Assembly: GCA_964453605.1 (NCBI GenBank)
Contig: CAYVOI010000001.1
Coordinates: 548,095-612,094, forward strand
From: an uncultured Gammaproteobacteria bacterium
Lineage (GTDB): Bacteria; Patescibacteriota; Patescibacteriia; Veblenbacterales; UBA10138
Length of the DNA stretch: 64,000 nt
Direction of reading: 5' to 3'
The position numbers were made by a program, and so were the translations under genes. The notes under the pieces were generated by a model. The model searched no databases, was not told the origin of the DNA, and was given only the letters and a program-made list of their open reading frames with translations. Position 1 is the stretch's first letter. Each line of letters opens with the position of its first letter. Positions 46,021-54,821 of the stretch are shown piece by piece.

Positions 46021-47778
46021 TTACTCCTTGGTAACCCGGAGGACTTCCTCAAAGGTCGTGTACCCCTGCAACACTTTGAGCACGCCGTCTTCAGCCATGG
46101 TGAGGGTACCCTGAGCTTGAGCCGCTTGCTTAATAGCGTCAGCGGTGGCGCCTGAGGTTACGAGCTCTTCCATGGCGCGGTCCACCACCAGCACCTCGTA
46201 GATGCCAATGCGGCCCTGGTAGCCCGTGCCATTACAGCGGTTGCACCCCCGCCCACGGCTAAGCCGTACCTCCCAGAGTGGTGGGTTGGGTGGTGGCACT
46301 AAACCCTCGGCTCGGAGCTTGGCAAATACCTCCTCCAGGTTAAACATAGCAGCGTAGCCCTCCAACACTTTACGGGACGAGGGCATGCGCTCGGCACAGT
46401 GCCGGCAGACCTTCCGCACCAGACGCTGACCTACCACCACGTTGACCACCGAGCCAATTTGGAACGGGGCCACACCCATCTCGATAAGCCGCTGTACAGC
46501 GAGGAACGCACTGTTGGTGTGGAGGGTGGAGAGCACGAGGTGGCCAGTCATGGCAGCGTTGATAGCCATGTCCGCAGTTTCCGAATCGCGAATTTCCCCC
46601 ACCATCACAATGTCCGGGTCTTGCCGGAGCAGGGACCGTAAGCCCGCTGCAAAGCCTAAGTTCACCACGGGGTTTATTTGCATTTGGTTTATACCCTCGA
46701 TGCCGTACTCAATGGGGTCTTCCACGGTGCAGATGTTGACATTCTCACGGTGTAAGAGCCGGAGGAAGGAGTAGAGGGTGGTAGTTTTGCCTGAGCCTGT
46801 CGGGCCCGTGACCAGCACCATGCCGTGAGGTTTCGCAATTTCACGTTTTATGACTCCAAGGTCCCGAGGGTTCAGGCCGAGCTTGCCTAAGGCAAACTGG
46901 CGCTCTTTGGTGTCGAGCAAGCGCATAACCATTTTGGTACCGTGCAGGGTTGGAATGGCCGAGATGCGAATAGCTACCTCGCGCTCGTTAAAGCTCACGC
47001 GGAAACGGCCGTCCTGCGGTAGGCGGTACTCGTCGAGCTTGAGGTTGGCCATCAGCTTAAGCCTGGCCACGAGCGGCGGCAGCACGGCGTGGGGGAGCTC
47101 TACAATTTTGTGGAGCATGCCGTCGATGCGAAAGCGAATAATAACCTGATCAGTCGTTGGTTCAAGGTGAATGTCAGAAGCGTTCTGGCCTAAAGCCCGG
47201 TCGATAACCGTGTCCACCATTTTTATAATAGGCACGTGTTGCGCCAGTTTTTCCGCCGAGTCGTGGCTTGAGAGCGAATCACTCACACTGTCGGCGATAA
47301 TCTTGGCAAACTCCTGCGTTAGCTCACCTTGGTACTTCTTAATCGCGCTCCGCACGTCTTGTGGTGTGGCCAGGTACACCTGGGGTTTGAGGCCCGTTTT
47401 CTTTTTTACAAAATCAACCACCCTGGCGTCCGACGGGTCAACCATGGCGACACTTATCTCTGCCCCGGCTTTCTTGAACACTACCACCGAGTGCTGCTCG
47501 GCCGCCTCTTTGGGGATGAGGTTAAGGACGTAGGGGGAAATAACCCGCTTACGCAAACTGACGACCGGTACACCATAGAACTCAGCTAAACAGGAGAGCG
47601 CCTTGCCCTGGTGCACCTCCTCGTGCTCCAGCAAGAGCTCGCCCAAGGGGCGGTCAGTGAGCTTGGCCTGCTTTACAAAATCTTTCAGCTGGTCACGACG
47701 AAGACAGCCCCGGCTCTCAAAGAGCTTGCCCAAGCGGCCGTAATCAATAGTTGTCTTCCCAAAACCAAATACTCCCAT
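46021..47778 (-). CDS. pilB: Type IV pilus assembly ATPase PilB (GspE family) with N-terminal GSPII_E_N domain.
   Basis: Walker A GPTGSGKTTTLYS, Asp box, Walker B (VMVGEIRD), His box (LVLSTLHTNSA) and a C-terminal tetracysteine motif (CRHC...CNRCNGTGYQGR). Confidence 0.9.
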   Translation of the reverse strand: MGVFGFGKTTIDYGRLGKLFESRGCLRRDQLKDFVKQAKLTDRPLGELLLEHEEVHQGKALSCLAEFYGVPVVSLRKRVISPYVLNLIPKEAAEQHSVVVFKKAGAEISVAMVDPSDARVVDFVKKKTGLKPQVYLATPQDVRSAIKKYQGELTQEFAKIIADSVSDSLSSHDSAEKLAQHVPIIKMVDTVIDRALGQNASDIHLEPTTDQVIIRFRIDGMLHKIVELPHAVLPPLVARLKLMANLKLDEYRLPQDGRFRVSFNEREVAIRISAIPTLHGTKMVMRLLDTKERQFALGKLGLNPRDLGVIKREIAKPHGMVLVTGPTGSGKTTTLYSFLRLLHRENVNICTVEDPIEYGIEGINQMQINPVVNLGFAAGLRSLLRQDPDIVMVGEIRDSETADMAINAAMTGHLVLSTLHTNSAFLAVQRLIEMGVAPFQIGSVVNVVVGQRLVRKVCRHCAERMPSSRKVLEGYAAMFNLEEVFAKLRAEGLVPPPNPPLWEVRLSRGRGCNRCNGTGYQGRIGIYEVLVVDRAMEELVTSGATADAIKQAAQAQGTLTMAEDGVLKVLQGYTTFEEVLRVTKE

Positions 47779-47896
47779 AGGTTGTCTACTGTAGTTATCG
47801 CTAGGCTGGTCGAAAAGTTACACCTGAGTGGCCTAAAAAGTCATGCAAAAAGCACTCCCGAATATACCACTCCCGTAAAGCTCTGTCAATACGCAC

Positions 47897-47925
47897 CAAA
47901 CACAAAACCCATTCGCTAAGCGCGA
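47897..47925 (-). terminator. Intrinsic terminator downstream of the CAP-domain gene.
   Basis: aacccattcgc-taagc-gcgaatgggtt is an 11-bp stem. It is followed on the minus strand by TTTTGTGTTT and lies 25 nt past the stop at 47948. Confidence 0.5.
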
Positions 47926-47947
47926 ATGGGTTCAGTACCAGAACAGG

Positions 47948-49285
47948 CTAAACCACGGTCAGTACCAGTGCCAGCGCCAGCACCAAGCCAGCGTGGCTAA
48001 TGACCGAGACGTGCTGCACGCGAATTTTGATAAAGATGTTGAGCAAGAGCGCCGCCGTCAGGAAGACGACAAAGTAGAGGTAGAACTGTGTGACTGAGTC
48101 ACCCAGGTTATGGACCGTGAGGAAGCCAAAGAACTTGGCAAACCGGTCGGTACCTTCGTTAAAGGTGTAGAGGTGCTGGGTGGTGGCCGCGGGGGCAAGG
48201 AGCACCAGCGGGCGATCGGTCACTAAACCGTCACGCCCAACAGCCGTAACCGAGAGCATCTCCCCGCTCTTACTAAACTCGGCAGCGTTGAACGGTAGCG
48301 TACCGCTCCAGGTAGCGCTGAGGGGGTCGGGAATCAGTGGAACGCTCTGCGAGGCCAAACGTGCGGTAACGCTCTCCGCCCCCGTAACGAGCACGCTCAG
48401 CTGGTAGGCGGCACCTACGGGCGTGAGCTTGAGGCTAGCATCGTAGACCACGGGCGCCGTAGCCGCCGGCGCGGCGGCAGCGGGAGCCGGAACGGGCGCG
48501 GGTGTGGTTGCGGCCGGCGGCGGAACTGGCTTTGGTTTCGGCGTGGCCTCGGCCGCGGCCACCGTGCCAGGCGTGGCTGGCGCAGGAGCCGGTACCACCG
48601 TCTTGGTGACCGGCGCTGAGGTAGTACTCGGGGTGAGGTGCGGCGCGGGCGGGGTAGCGGTCGCCAGCACCACCGGAGCACCAAAGTGCTCCACCACGAA
48701 AATGCTGTCAAAACCCTCGAACGTACCCATAGCTACGCCAACACCCATTTCAGTATAGTTCGGCTGGACAATGTTGGCGCGGTGGGTGGGTGAGGCCAGC
48801 CAGCCTTCTTGCACGTCTTCAGCGCTGGTAAAGTGCACGGCCAAGTTCTCACCGGCGTAGGTGTAGCGGTACCCGGCAGCGGCAAACCAGCTCCAGGGGC
48901 TAGCGCCATTGGGGCTTACGTGGGCAAAGTACTGCTGCTGCAGCATGTCGTTGGCCTTAGCCTGAGCTGACTGGTCGAGCTTAGTGTTCTCTTTGAGCAC
49001 GCCCAGGCTTAGGTTAGCGCGCGTTTGGTTGGTAAGGTCGATGATGTTCTGCCGCGTGATGGCGCTCGAGTATAGGCTGGAGGACGGCAGCACCAGTGGC
49101 ACCACAATCACGAGCACCTTGAGGAGCACCAGCACCACGCTGTACCCAACCAGCACCGAGTGCTTCAGCACGTGGGGGCGGTAGCCATTACCCTGGTGGG
49201 GTATGAAGTGGTCTTTGAGGTGGCCACCGACCTTCTGTAAGTGGTGCTTAACCTGGGCCATAAAGTTCTGAGGTGTGTATGCCAT
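47948..49285 (-). CDS. Membrane-anchored secreted protein with a CAP domain (SCP/PR-1/YkwD-like), a Pro/Ala-rich linker and a C-terminal TM segment.
   Basis: CAP motifs are ...QTRANLSLGVLKENTKLDQSAQAKANDMLQQQYFAHVSPNG...YTYAGENLA...GWLASPTHRANIVQPNYTEMGVGVA. It has an N-terminal signal-anchor and a PAPVPAPAAAAPAATAP linker. Confidence 0.7.
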   Translation of the reverse strand: MAYTPQNFMAQVKHHLQKVGGHLKDHFIPHQGNGYRPHVLKHSVLVGYSVVLVLLKVLVIVVPLVLPSSSLYSSAITRQNIIDLTNQTRANLSLGVLKENTKLDQSAQAKANDMLQQQYFAHVSPNGASPWSWFAAAGYRYTYAGENLAVHFTSAEDVQEGWLASPTHRANIVQPNYTEMGVGVAMGTFEGFDSIFVVEHFGAPVVLATATPPAPHLTPSTTSAPVTKTVVPAPAPATPGTVAAAEATPKPKPVPPPAATTPAPVPAPAAAAPAATAPVVYDASLKLTPVGAAYQLSVLVTGAESVTARLASQSVPLIPDPLSATWSGTLPFNAAEFSKSGEMLSVTAVGRDGLVTDRPLVLLAPAATTQHLYTFNEGTDRFAKFFGFLTVHNLGDSVTQFYLYFVVFLTAALLLNIFIKIRVQHVSVISHAGLVLALALVLTVV

Positions 49286-49439
49286 ACGTGCTGCCGAGGT
49301 AACAGCCTACTCTACACCAACGTAGCACGTTTGTCAAGCCTGAACCATACTACTCAAGGCCAGAACGCAAGCTGAAACTGAACCTACAGCACTGAGCGTG
49401 TAGACGTCTCGGCCGAGGTAGTACGCAGTCCTGACCAGG

Positions 49440-52400
49440 CTACTGACGAGCACCGGAGTAGGCAATAGCTCTGACCGTGTCCCAATCGGCAGCGCTCTGG
49501 GGTGCGTGGCCATAGGTAGCGGTGAACGACTTAGCCGCTGCCGCTTCACTCCCCAAGTTACGGCCGGTTGGCCGTAGGCCATAGGCCATCACAGTTACCG
49601 CCGCGTCGTCATGTGCGTTGCTGTCGCGCTGTGGCTCACGTTTGTATATTTTCACAAAGGCCTCTTCCGCCTGCTGTTCTTTGGCTTGGTTACGCTGGGT
49701 AGGCCAGCGGCCGTTGGCAATTTTGATCACGTCCTGCCAGTCGCCTTCAGTACTCGGCGCTTTGCCAAAAGCCGAAGCGAAACTGGACACTACACCCGCC
49801 CGCTCCCCCTGGCCTAAGCGCTGCGTGGTCGGGGTACCAAGCGCAATAAAGTCTTTTAGCTGTGGGGTAATGGTAGCAAGTTCAGCTTGTAACACTTTTA
49901 TTTTGGCGATGATCGTCTCAGCGCGCTGCAAGAGCGCGGCGGCTTGGCTTGGATCAACGCTTGTCACCTGGTCAACGTTGTTGGTAGCAACCGCTTGGGC
50001 GTCGATGGTAATGTCGTTTAGGCTCGTTGCCGAAGATGTAGTGTGGAACGTCGCTACCGGGCTGCCGTAGTAATACCCCGTGGCATTGTGACCTTCTACC
50101 TTGTAGTAGTAGGTTCTATTGGGTAGGAGGTTTAAGAGCTGTATCGTATAGACCGTGGCTAGCTCGGTGCTCTGGGTGATGGGCATCACAAACGACAGGT
50201 CGTTCGCACTTGAACCAAAACCATAAAACACACGGCCCGTGGCTGGCTGATCAACCTTCCAGTCCACAGTAGCGCCCTGGCTAGTGATGTTAGAAACGTT
50301 CACATCATAAGCGCCGATGCTGTGGCCATCTGGGGTACACTTCTGGTACTCATGGGTGTGATCGCCAAAGTAGGCCCAGACTAATCGGTACGAACCGTCG
50401 GGGTTTGTTTTCCAGTCTAGGTCATTAACCCCCGGCGTATACCACTCAGACCAAGTACCCGAGAACCACTGGATGCGGTAGTTCAGTACCTCGGGGTGTT
50501 TAGAGCTGTCGAGTGTGCCAAACTCGGTTGTGTGCAGGGCCGGCTCTGTTATGGTCGTGAACGTTGCGCAGAACGAGGGGTCGCGAACTACCACCGTAAT
50601 CCCCTGCATGTCGCCTTGGCCAGAAGCGTCCACCATTTTGAATGCAACTTGATAGGTGCCCGGCGTACTAAAGAAATGGTAAAACTTTCCGTCAGTGTTC
50701 GTATCTACGCTCGTACCGGTTGCCCAGCTCGCTGAATAGGTGAGCGTGCCACCGCTGGGGTTATTCGGCTCAACTTTGAACTGCGCTGAACCCCCCACAT
50801 CAATGGTGCGCGTACCAAAAATGTACTTAATGGTTGGCCGGATGGTCGTACCACCAGAGTTGGTGATCACACTCAGAATAGGCTGACCATCGACGTAGAG
50901 GTGGCTAGCGGTATCGCTCAAAGTCCCGTTTTGGTTCGCGTCGTAGCCCAGGTCAGCTTCACTGACTGAATAGCTCAAGTACCCCAGCACGGGCGCACCC
51001 AGAGCAAACGTATCACCATTGGCAATACTACCGGCTGTACTTAGTACCACAGTAAGGTAGCGGTAAGAACCGGGGTTCAGGGTCAATGGTGAAGTGGCAC
51101 TACCGGGCGTAGGTAGCGTACCAAAGTTCAAAGTATCAAAAGTAGTCATTGCCACACTATTACTTAGGTAATCAGAAGAGTTTTCACTTGAAGCGTATAG
51201 AGTGTAGCGCTCGTTGGTGCCTGTGTGGCTGCCCCCATCAGCGAACTGTGCCGACGTCAAGGTAACCTTAGCCGAGCCGTTGTTCTGGAGCTTGAACCTC
51301 CCCAAAGCTGTACCGGTCGCTACCACTTCAGTTACAGGGGTGGTTGGCTCAAACGCGCTCACCACTACGCCGAAAGGGACAATGTTGCTCCGGGCATTAC
51401 TTTGACCATTTAAGTTTCCGCCTGCATATGTTGGCGCCACGCCGGTCTGTGCGCCTCTCGCAGTAATGTCAGCTCCAGCTGTCATATCAAGGCTCAGGTA
51501 GAAATCATCCCCCAGGTAGCCTATGCCCCCACCTCCAACACTGGCTTTGGCGTAGATGGTTACCACTGTGCCCGGCTGAACCGGTTCAGCAAGTAGGTTA
51601 TCAGTTGCCGTCCAGGTGGTAGAACAGCTGTTGTTAACGCAAGTTGAGAACTGGCTCGCTGTAGCAAATGGGGTACTATCCATGGGGGCGGCACCTACTT
51701 GACGGTACAGTGTTATATTCACTAAGTCATTCTGGTGTAACCTAGAACCTGCAGCGTGGAGAGTGAGTCGACTAACTTTCTGCGCCTCACCTTGAGCATA
51801 GAGCTTAACAGCCAAGTATGTTTTACCTTGAGTGCCCACAGGTACTAACTGCTGTACAGTCGGGGTGGCATTAACACCCGAAACCAATGAGCCGGTGAGT
51901 GAGGTTGTGGCGCCAAACTTACAACTGGTCAGTTGCGCGACATCGGTAAGGCAAGGCTGGACTCCAGTAATATCTAGTCCCGTTTGGTAGACAAATGCAC
52001 TTAGCGCGGTTTGAATGTCGGCTGTACTATATCGGTTGGCTACAAAAGCGGCGTCGGTTGCAAACTTCATAGCCTGACCACCATAGAGGAGGTACGTTGC
52101 GCCACTGGTGGTTGTTGAGTAGCGGAAAATGGTACCATCGGGGTAAATTGAACTGAGTGGAGCACCGAGCGAGTAGTTCGCCCAGAACGCATCAGGCACA
52201 GTTAGAACCCTAGCGGACCAATTCGGACCGTAGAGGGTAGGCAGCAAGTCAGACGAGACTAGGTGTAAGACATTGGGGTACGAAATAGCGTACACACTAG
52301 TGTCAGTACTAATTTTCACAAGCCAGGTACCGGGCCGAACAGTAACATCACCACCTATCGGCAGCGCCTGTAGTTGTGATGGCGTAACCACCTTGACCTG

Positions 52401-53615
52401 GTTCTCACTCAAACCCCACGAGTAAAACACTTGCTTCCAATCGGTCCAATCAGGAGTACGGGGGAACACATAACGCTTACCATCGCTCCCCATGTAGTAT
52501 ATCCAGTTGCAAGGGTCATTGGTGCCGGCATCCACGGTGCAGGCCAGCTTGAATAAATCACCAGGGTTAAGTCCTGACGATGCTACCAGTGTAAACGTCG
52601 CTGTCACCGATTTCGCACCACTCATGGTAATGGTGCAGGTGCCTGTGCCAGTACAACCACCGCTCCAGCCAGCAAAGGTGGAACCGTTTTGAGCCATAGC
52701 GGTCAACGTAACCGTGGCACCACTCAAGAAGCTCGCGCTACAAACGCTGCCGCAGTTTATAACACTACCCGGTTGCAAGGAAGTACCTTCGAACACGGTG
52801 CCTGAACCAGTACCGACTTTCGAAACCGTCAACGTGAAGGTTGGAGTTGTAGCTGTGGTGGTGAATGAGAGTACCGAACCGTAACTTTTCCCAGCGCTAT
52901 TTTCTCCTATGGCACAGTAGTAGTAGGTGGTTACCGAGCTCAGCTGATTTACATCATAACTATAACCAATAAGAATCGAACCGCTACCGTTGCTGATGCC
53001 GCCGGTGGCAGGCAGGCGCGTGCCAAAGCTATCAGTACAGCTGCCAGGACTGGTAGTAGACAAACGGAACCAGCTAGACGTGGCTAGACCGTTCGGGTTG
53101 GTGGTGCCCTGGAGGGAGGCCGAAGTTGCTGTGACCAATGTCGCTGCTCCCGAAGTAACGGTGGGTGCCGTAGCGCTAGTGGTAAAGGTTGCGGTAACGG
53201 TTTGGTTGGCGCTCATAGTAACGGTACACGACGTACTGGCGGTGAGCGAAGCGCTGGAGTTTAGAGCGGCGGTGACAATGGGAGTACAACCACTTAAGCC
53301 CACGGTCGAGCCGGTGGCTGGGGTAGCACTTATGATTACCGTGGTGCCAGCTACAAACGACGCGCTACAAGCTGTGCCGCAGTCAATACCCCCTAGGTTA
53401 GACGTTACAGTGCCACTCCCCGTGCCAGCCCTCACCACCGTCAGTGCATAGTACACCGAGCCAGTACCCGACCCATCGATGGGTGTGGTAGCAGCACTAG
53501 CAAACTGCCCCAGCATGCTGCTGTATAACAAAATACCCATCACCAAGATGCTAGAAGCACCTAAAAAGTGGTGCGGCTTGTGGAGCTTGGCGAGCTGATG
53601 TAACCCTTGGGTCAT
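49440..53615 (-). CDS. Giant (~1391 aa) secreted beta-rich surface protein with a PKD-like domain and a C-terminal coiled-coil/helical region. The true start is probably at 53615 rather than the ORF-track start at 53726.
   Basis: An internal Met (MTQGLHQLAKLHKPHHFLGASSILVMGILLYSSMLGQFASAA) is a signal peptide preceded by a perfect AGGAGG 9 nt upstream. The 37 codons further upstream lie in AT-rich promoter-like DNA. A PKD-like segment reads FYHFFSTPGTYQVAFKMVDASGQ. Confidence 0.55.
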   Translation of the reverse strand: MTQGLHQLAKLHKPHHFLGASSILVMGILLYSSMLGQFASAATTPIDGSGTGSVYYALTVVRAGTGSGTVTSNLGGIDCGTACSASFVAGTTVIISATPATGSTVGLSGCTPIVTAALNSSASLTASTSCTVTMSANQTVTATFTTSATAPTVTSGAATLVTATSASLQGTTNPNGLATSSWFRLSTTSPGSCTDSFGTRLPATGGISNGSGSILIGYSYDVNQLSSVTTYYYCAIGENSAGKSYGSVLSFTTTATTPTFTLTVSKVGTGSGTVFEGTSLQPGSVINCGSVCSASFLSGATVTLTAMAQNGSTFAGWSGGCTGTGTCTITMSGAKSVTATFTLVASSGLNPGDLFKLACTVDAGTNDPCNWIYYMGSDGKRYVFPRTPDWTDWKQVFYSWGLSENQVKVVTPSQLQALPIGGDVTVRPGTWLVKISTDTSVYAISYPNVLHLVSSDLLPTLYGPNWSARVLTVPDAFWANYSLGAPLSSIYPDGTIFRYSTTTSGATYLLYGGQAMKFATDAAFVANRYSTADIQTALSAFVYQTGLDITGVQPCLTDVAQLTSCKFGATTSLTGSLVSGVNATPTVQQLVPVGTQGKTYLAVKLYAQGEAQKVSRLTLHAAGSRLHQNDLVNITLYRQVGAAPMDSTPFATASQFSTCVNNSCSTTWTATDNLLAEPVQPGTVVTIYAKASVGGGGIGYLGDDFYLSLDMTAGADITARGAQTGVAPTYAGGNLNGQSNARSNIVPFGVVVSAFEPTTPVTEVVATGTALGRFKLQNNGSAKVTLTSAQFADGGSHTGTNERYTLYASSENSSDYLSNSVAMTTFDTLNFGTLPTPGSATSPLTLNPGSYRYLTVVLSTAGSIANGDTFALGAPVLGYLSYSVSEADLGYDANQNGTLSDTASHLYVDGQPILSVITNSGGTTIRPTIKYIFGTRTIDVGGSAQFKVEPNNPSGGTLTYSASWATGTSVDTNTDGKFYHFFSTPGTYQVAFKMVDASGQGDMQGITVVVRDPSFCATFTTITEPALHTTEFGTLDSSKHPEVLNYRIQWFSGTWSEWYTPGVNDLDWKTNPDGSYRLVWAYFGDHTHEYQKCTPDGHSIGAYDVNVSNITSQGATVDWKVDQPATGRVFYGFGSSANDLSFVMPITQSTELATVYTIQLLNLLPNRTYYYKVEGHNATGYYYGSPVATFHTTSSATSLNDITIDAQAVATNNVDQVTSVDPSQAAALLQRAETIIAKIKVLQAELATITPQLKDFIALGTPTTQRLGQGERAGVVSSFASAFGKAPSTEGDWQDVIKIANGRWPTQRNQAKEQQAEEAFVKIYKREPQRDSNAHDDAAVTVMAYGLRPTGRNLGSEAAAAKSFTATYGHAPQSAADWDTVRAIAYSGARQ

Positions 53616-53750
53616 GTTTGTTTTCCTCCTAAATAGCTCCCTAAAAATTAGAGCGCTAAAATAATTATTTAGGCTAACTGTAGCCATTACAGTAATAATT
53701 TTAGCACAAAATGAAGAAAAAATCAAGCTAATATCCGATAAAAATCAAAC

Positions 53751-53774
53751 AGGGGTGAACCTAGGTTCACCCCT
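53751..53774 (-). terminator. Intrinsic terminator downstream of the SPFH gene.
   Basis: aggggtgaacc-ta-ggttcacccct is an 11-bp stem followed on the minus strand by GTTTGATTTTTAT. Confidence 0.55.
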
Positions 53775-53795
53775 ATCGTAAGTGCGTACTAACAG

Positions 53796-54563
53796 CTATG
53801 CTCGCTTCATTCGCTCTTCACTTAAGAAATTCTGAATGTCATTCACGGTACCCATGAGCTGGGCCGGGAAAATGATGGTGGAGTTTTTCTCAGTCGCTAT
53901 CTCAGCTAAGGTTTGCAGGTTCCTAAGCTGCAACGCAATAGGGTGGGCCATCATAATGTCGGCGGTATCGGCTAGCTTTTGAGCGGAGAGGAACTCACCC
54001 TCAGCAGAAATTATCTTGGCACGCTTTTCACGCTCAGCCTCAGCCTGCTTGGCAATGGCCCGCTGCATATCGTCGGGCAGTTGTATGTCCTTAATGTCCA
54101 CACTACTTACCACAACCCCCCACTGCTCGGTGTAGGAGTCCAGGTACTTGGTAATTTCAGCGTTAATAGTTTCACGCTCCGAGAGAATTTCATCAAGCTG
54201 GAACTTACCCACAATATTGCGGAGCGACGTTTGGGCAATTTGGTCTATGGCATCACGAACGTTCTGAATAGCCACAATGCTCTTGACGGGGTCCACGATA
54301 CGGTAGTACGAAACTGCTGAGACATCGACCGAGACATTGTCTTTGGTGATTATCTTCTGCGCTGGCACAGGTAGTGTCACCACGCGAAGGTCAACTACTC
54401 TCAAGCTTTGGAACAGCGGCACTATCCAAGTAAGCCCAGGGTTACGCTCACCGACGATTTTACCAAACATGAACACTACCCCGCGCTCGTACTGCTGCAC
54501 CGTTCTCAGGCCAGCGAGCACTATAATTATAATGACGGAAACCACATACCACATAGCGCTCAA
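53796..54563 (-). CDS. SPFH/band-7 (stomatin/prohibitin-like) membrane protein.
   Basis: N-terminal TM, then YERGVVFMFGKIVGERNPGLTWIVPLFQSLRVVDLRVVTLPVPAQKIITKDNVSVDVSAVSYYRIVDP...RNIVGKFQLDEILSERETIN, followed by a coiled-coil tail. Confidence 0.85.
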   Translation of the reverse strand: MSAMWYVVSVIIIIVLAGLRTVQQYERGVVFMFGKIVGERNPGLTWIVPLFQSLRVVDLRVVTLPVPAQKIITKDNVSVDVSAVSYYRIVDPVKSIVAIQNVRDAIDQIAQTSLRNIVGKFQLDEILSERETINAEITKYLDSYTEQWGVVVSSVDIKDIQLPDDMQRAIAKQAEAEREKRAKIISAEGEFLSAQKLADTADIMMAHPIALQLRNLQTLAEIATEKNSTIIFPAQLMGTVNDIQNFLSEERMKRA

Positions 54564-54566
54564 GAG

Positions 54567-54815
54567 TTAAGGGTAAATTTGCTTGCCGTCGTCGTCCTCG
54601 ATGATGATGGCGTTGGTGGGGCAAGCGCGCGCCGCTTCTAAAATTAAAGCGGCATCCACCGGCAGCTCTTTGTAATCAACCCACTCACTGGTCTTGTCTC
54701 CGGCCGCACGCTTAATGACCGCTTTGCCCTCTTCATCAAGCTCGAACACTTCCGGGAGCAGCGCAATGCAGCTCGCCGCGCCAATACAGAGTTCTCGGTC
54801 AACCCGTACACGCAT
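54567..54815 (-). CDS. Small ferredoxin, probably of the [3Fe-4S] single-cluster type (Fer4_15-like, the class that includes P450-associated ferredoxins of actinobacteria).
   Basis: MRVRVDRELCIGAASCIALLPEVFELDEEGKAV...AARACPTNAIIIED gives the C-x5-C ... CP pattern with only three Cys. Confidence 0.65.
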   Translation of the reverse strand: MRVRVDRELCIGAASCIALLPEVFELDEEGKAVIKRAAGDKTSEWVDYKELPVDAALILEAARACPTNAIIIEDDDGKQIYP

Positions 54816-54821
54816 ACGTTC

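Noticed and set aside
49334-49582. 82-aa ORF overlapping the 3' end of the 1428-aa gene on the same strand.
   Set aside because: It is an alternative-frame overlap with the giant gene's C-terminus and has no independent evidence.
53616-53726. N-terminal 37 codons of the ORF-track call for the 1428-aa protein.
   Set aside because: They are encoded by AT-rich promoter-like DNA with no RBS. A perfect AGGAGG-N9-ATG and a signal peptide begin at 53615, so the shorter start is preferred.
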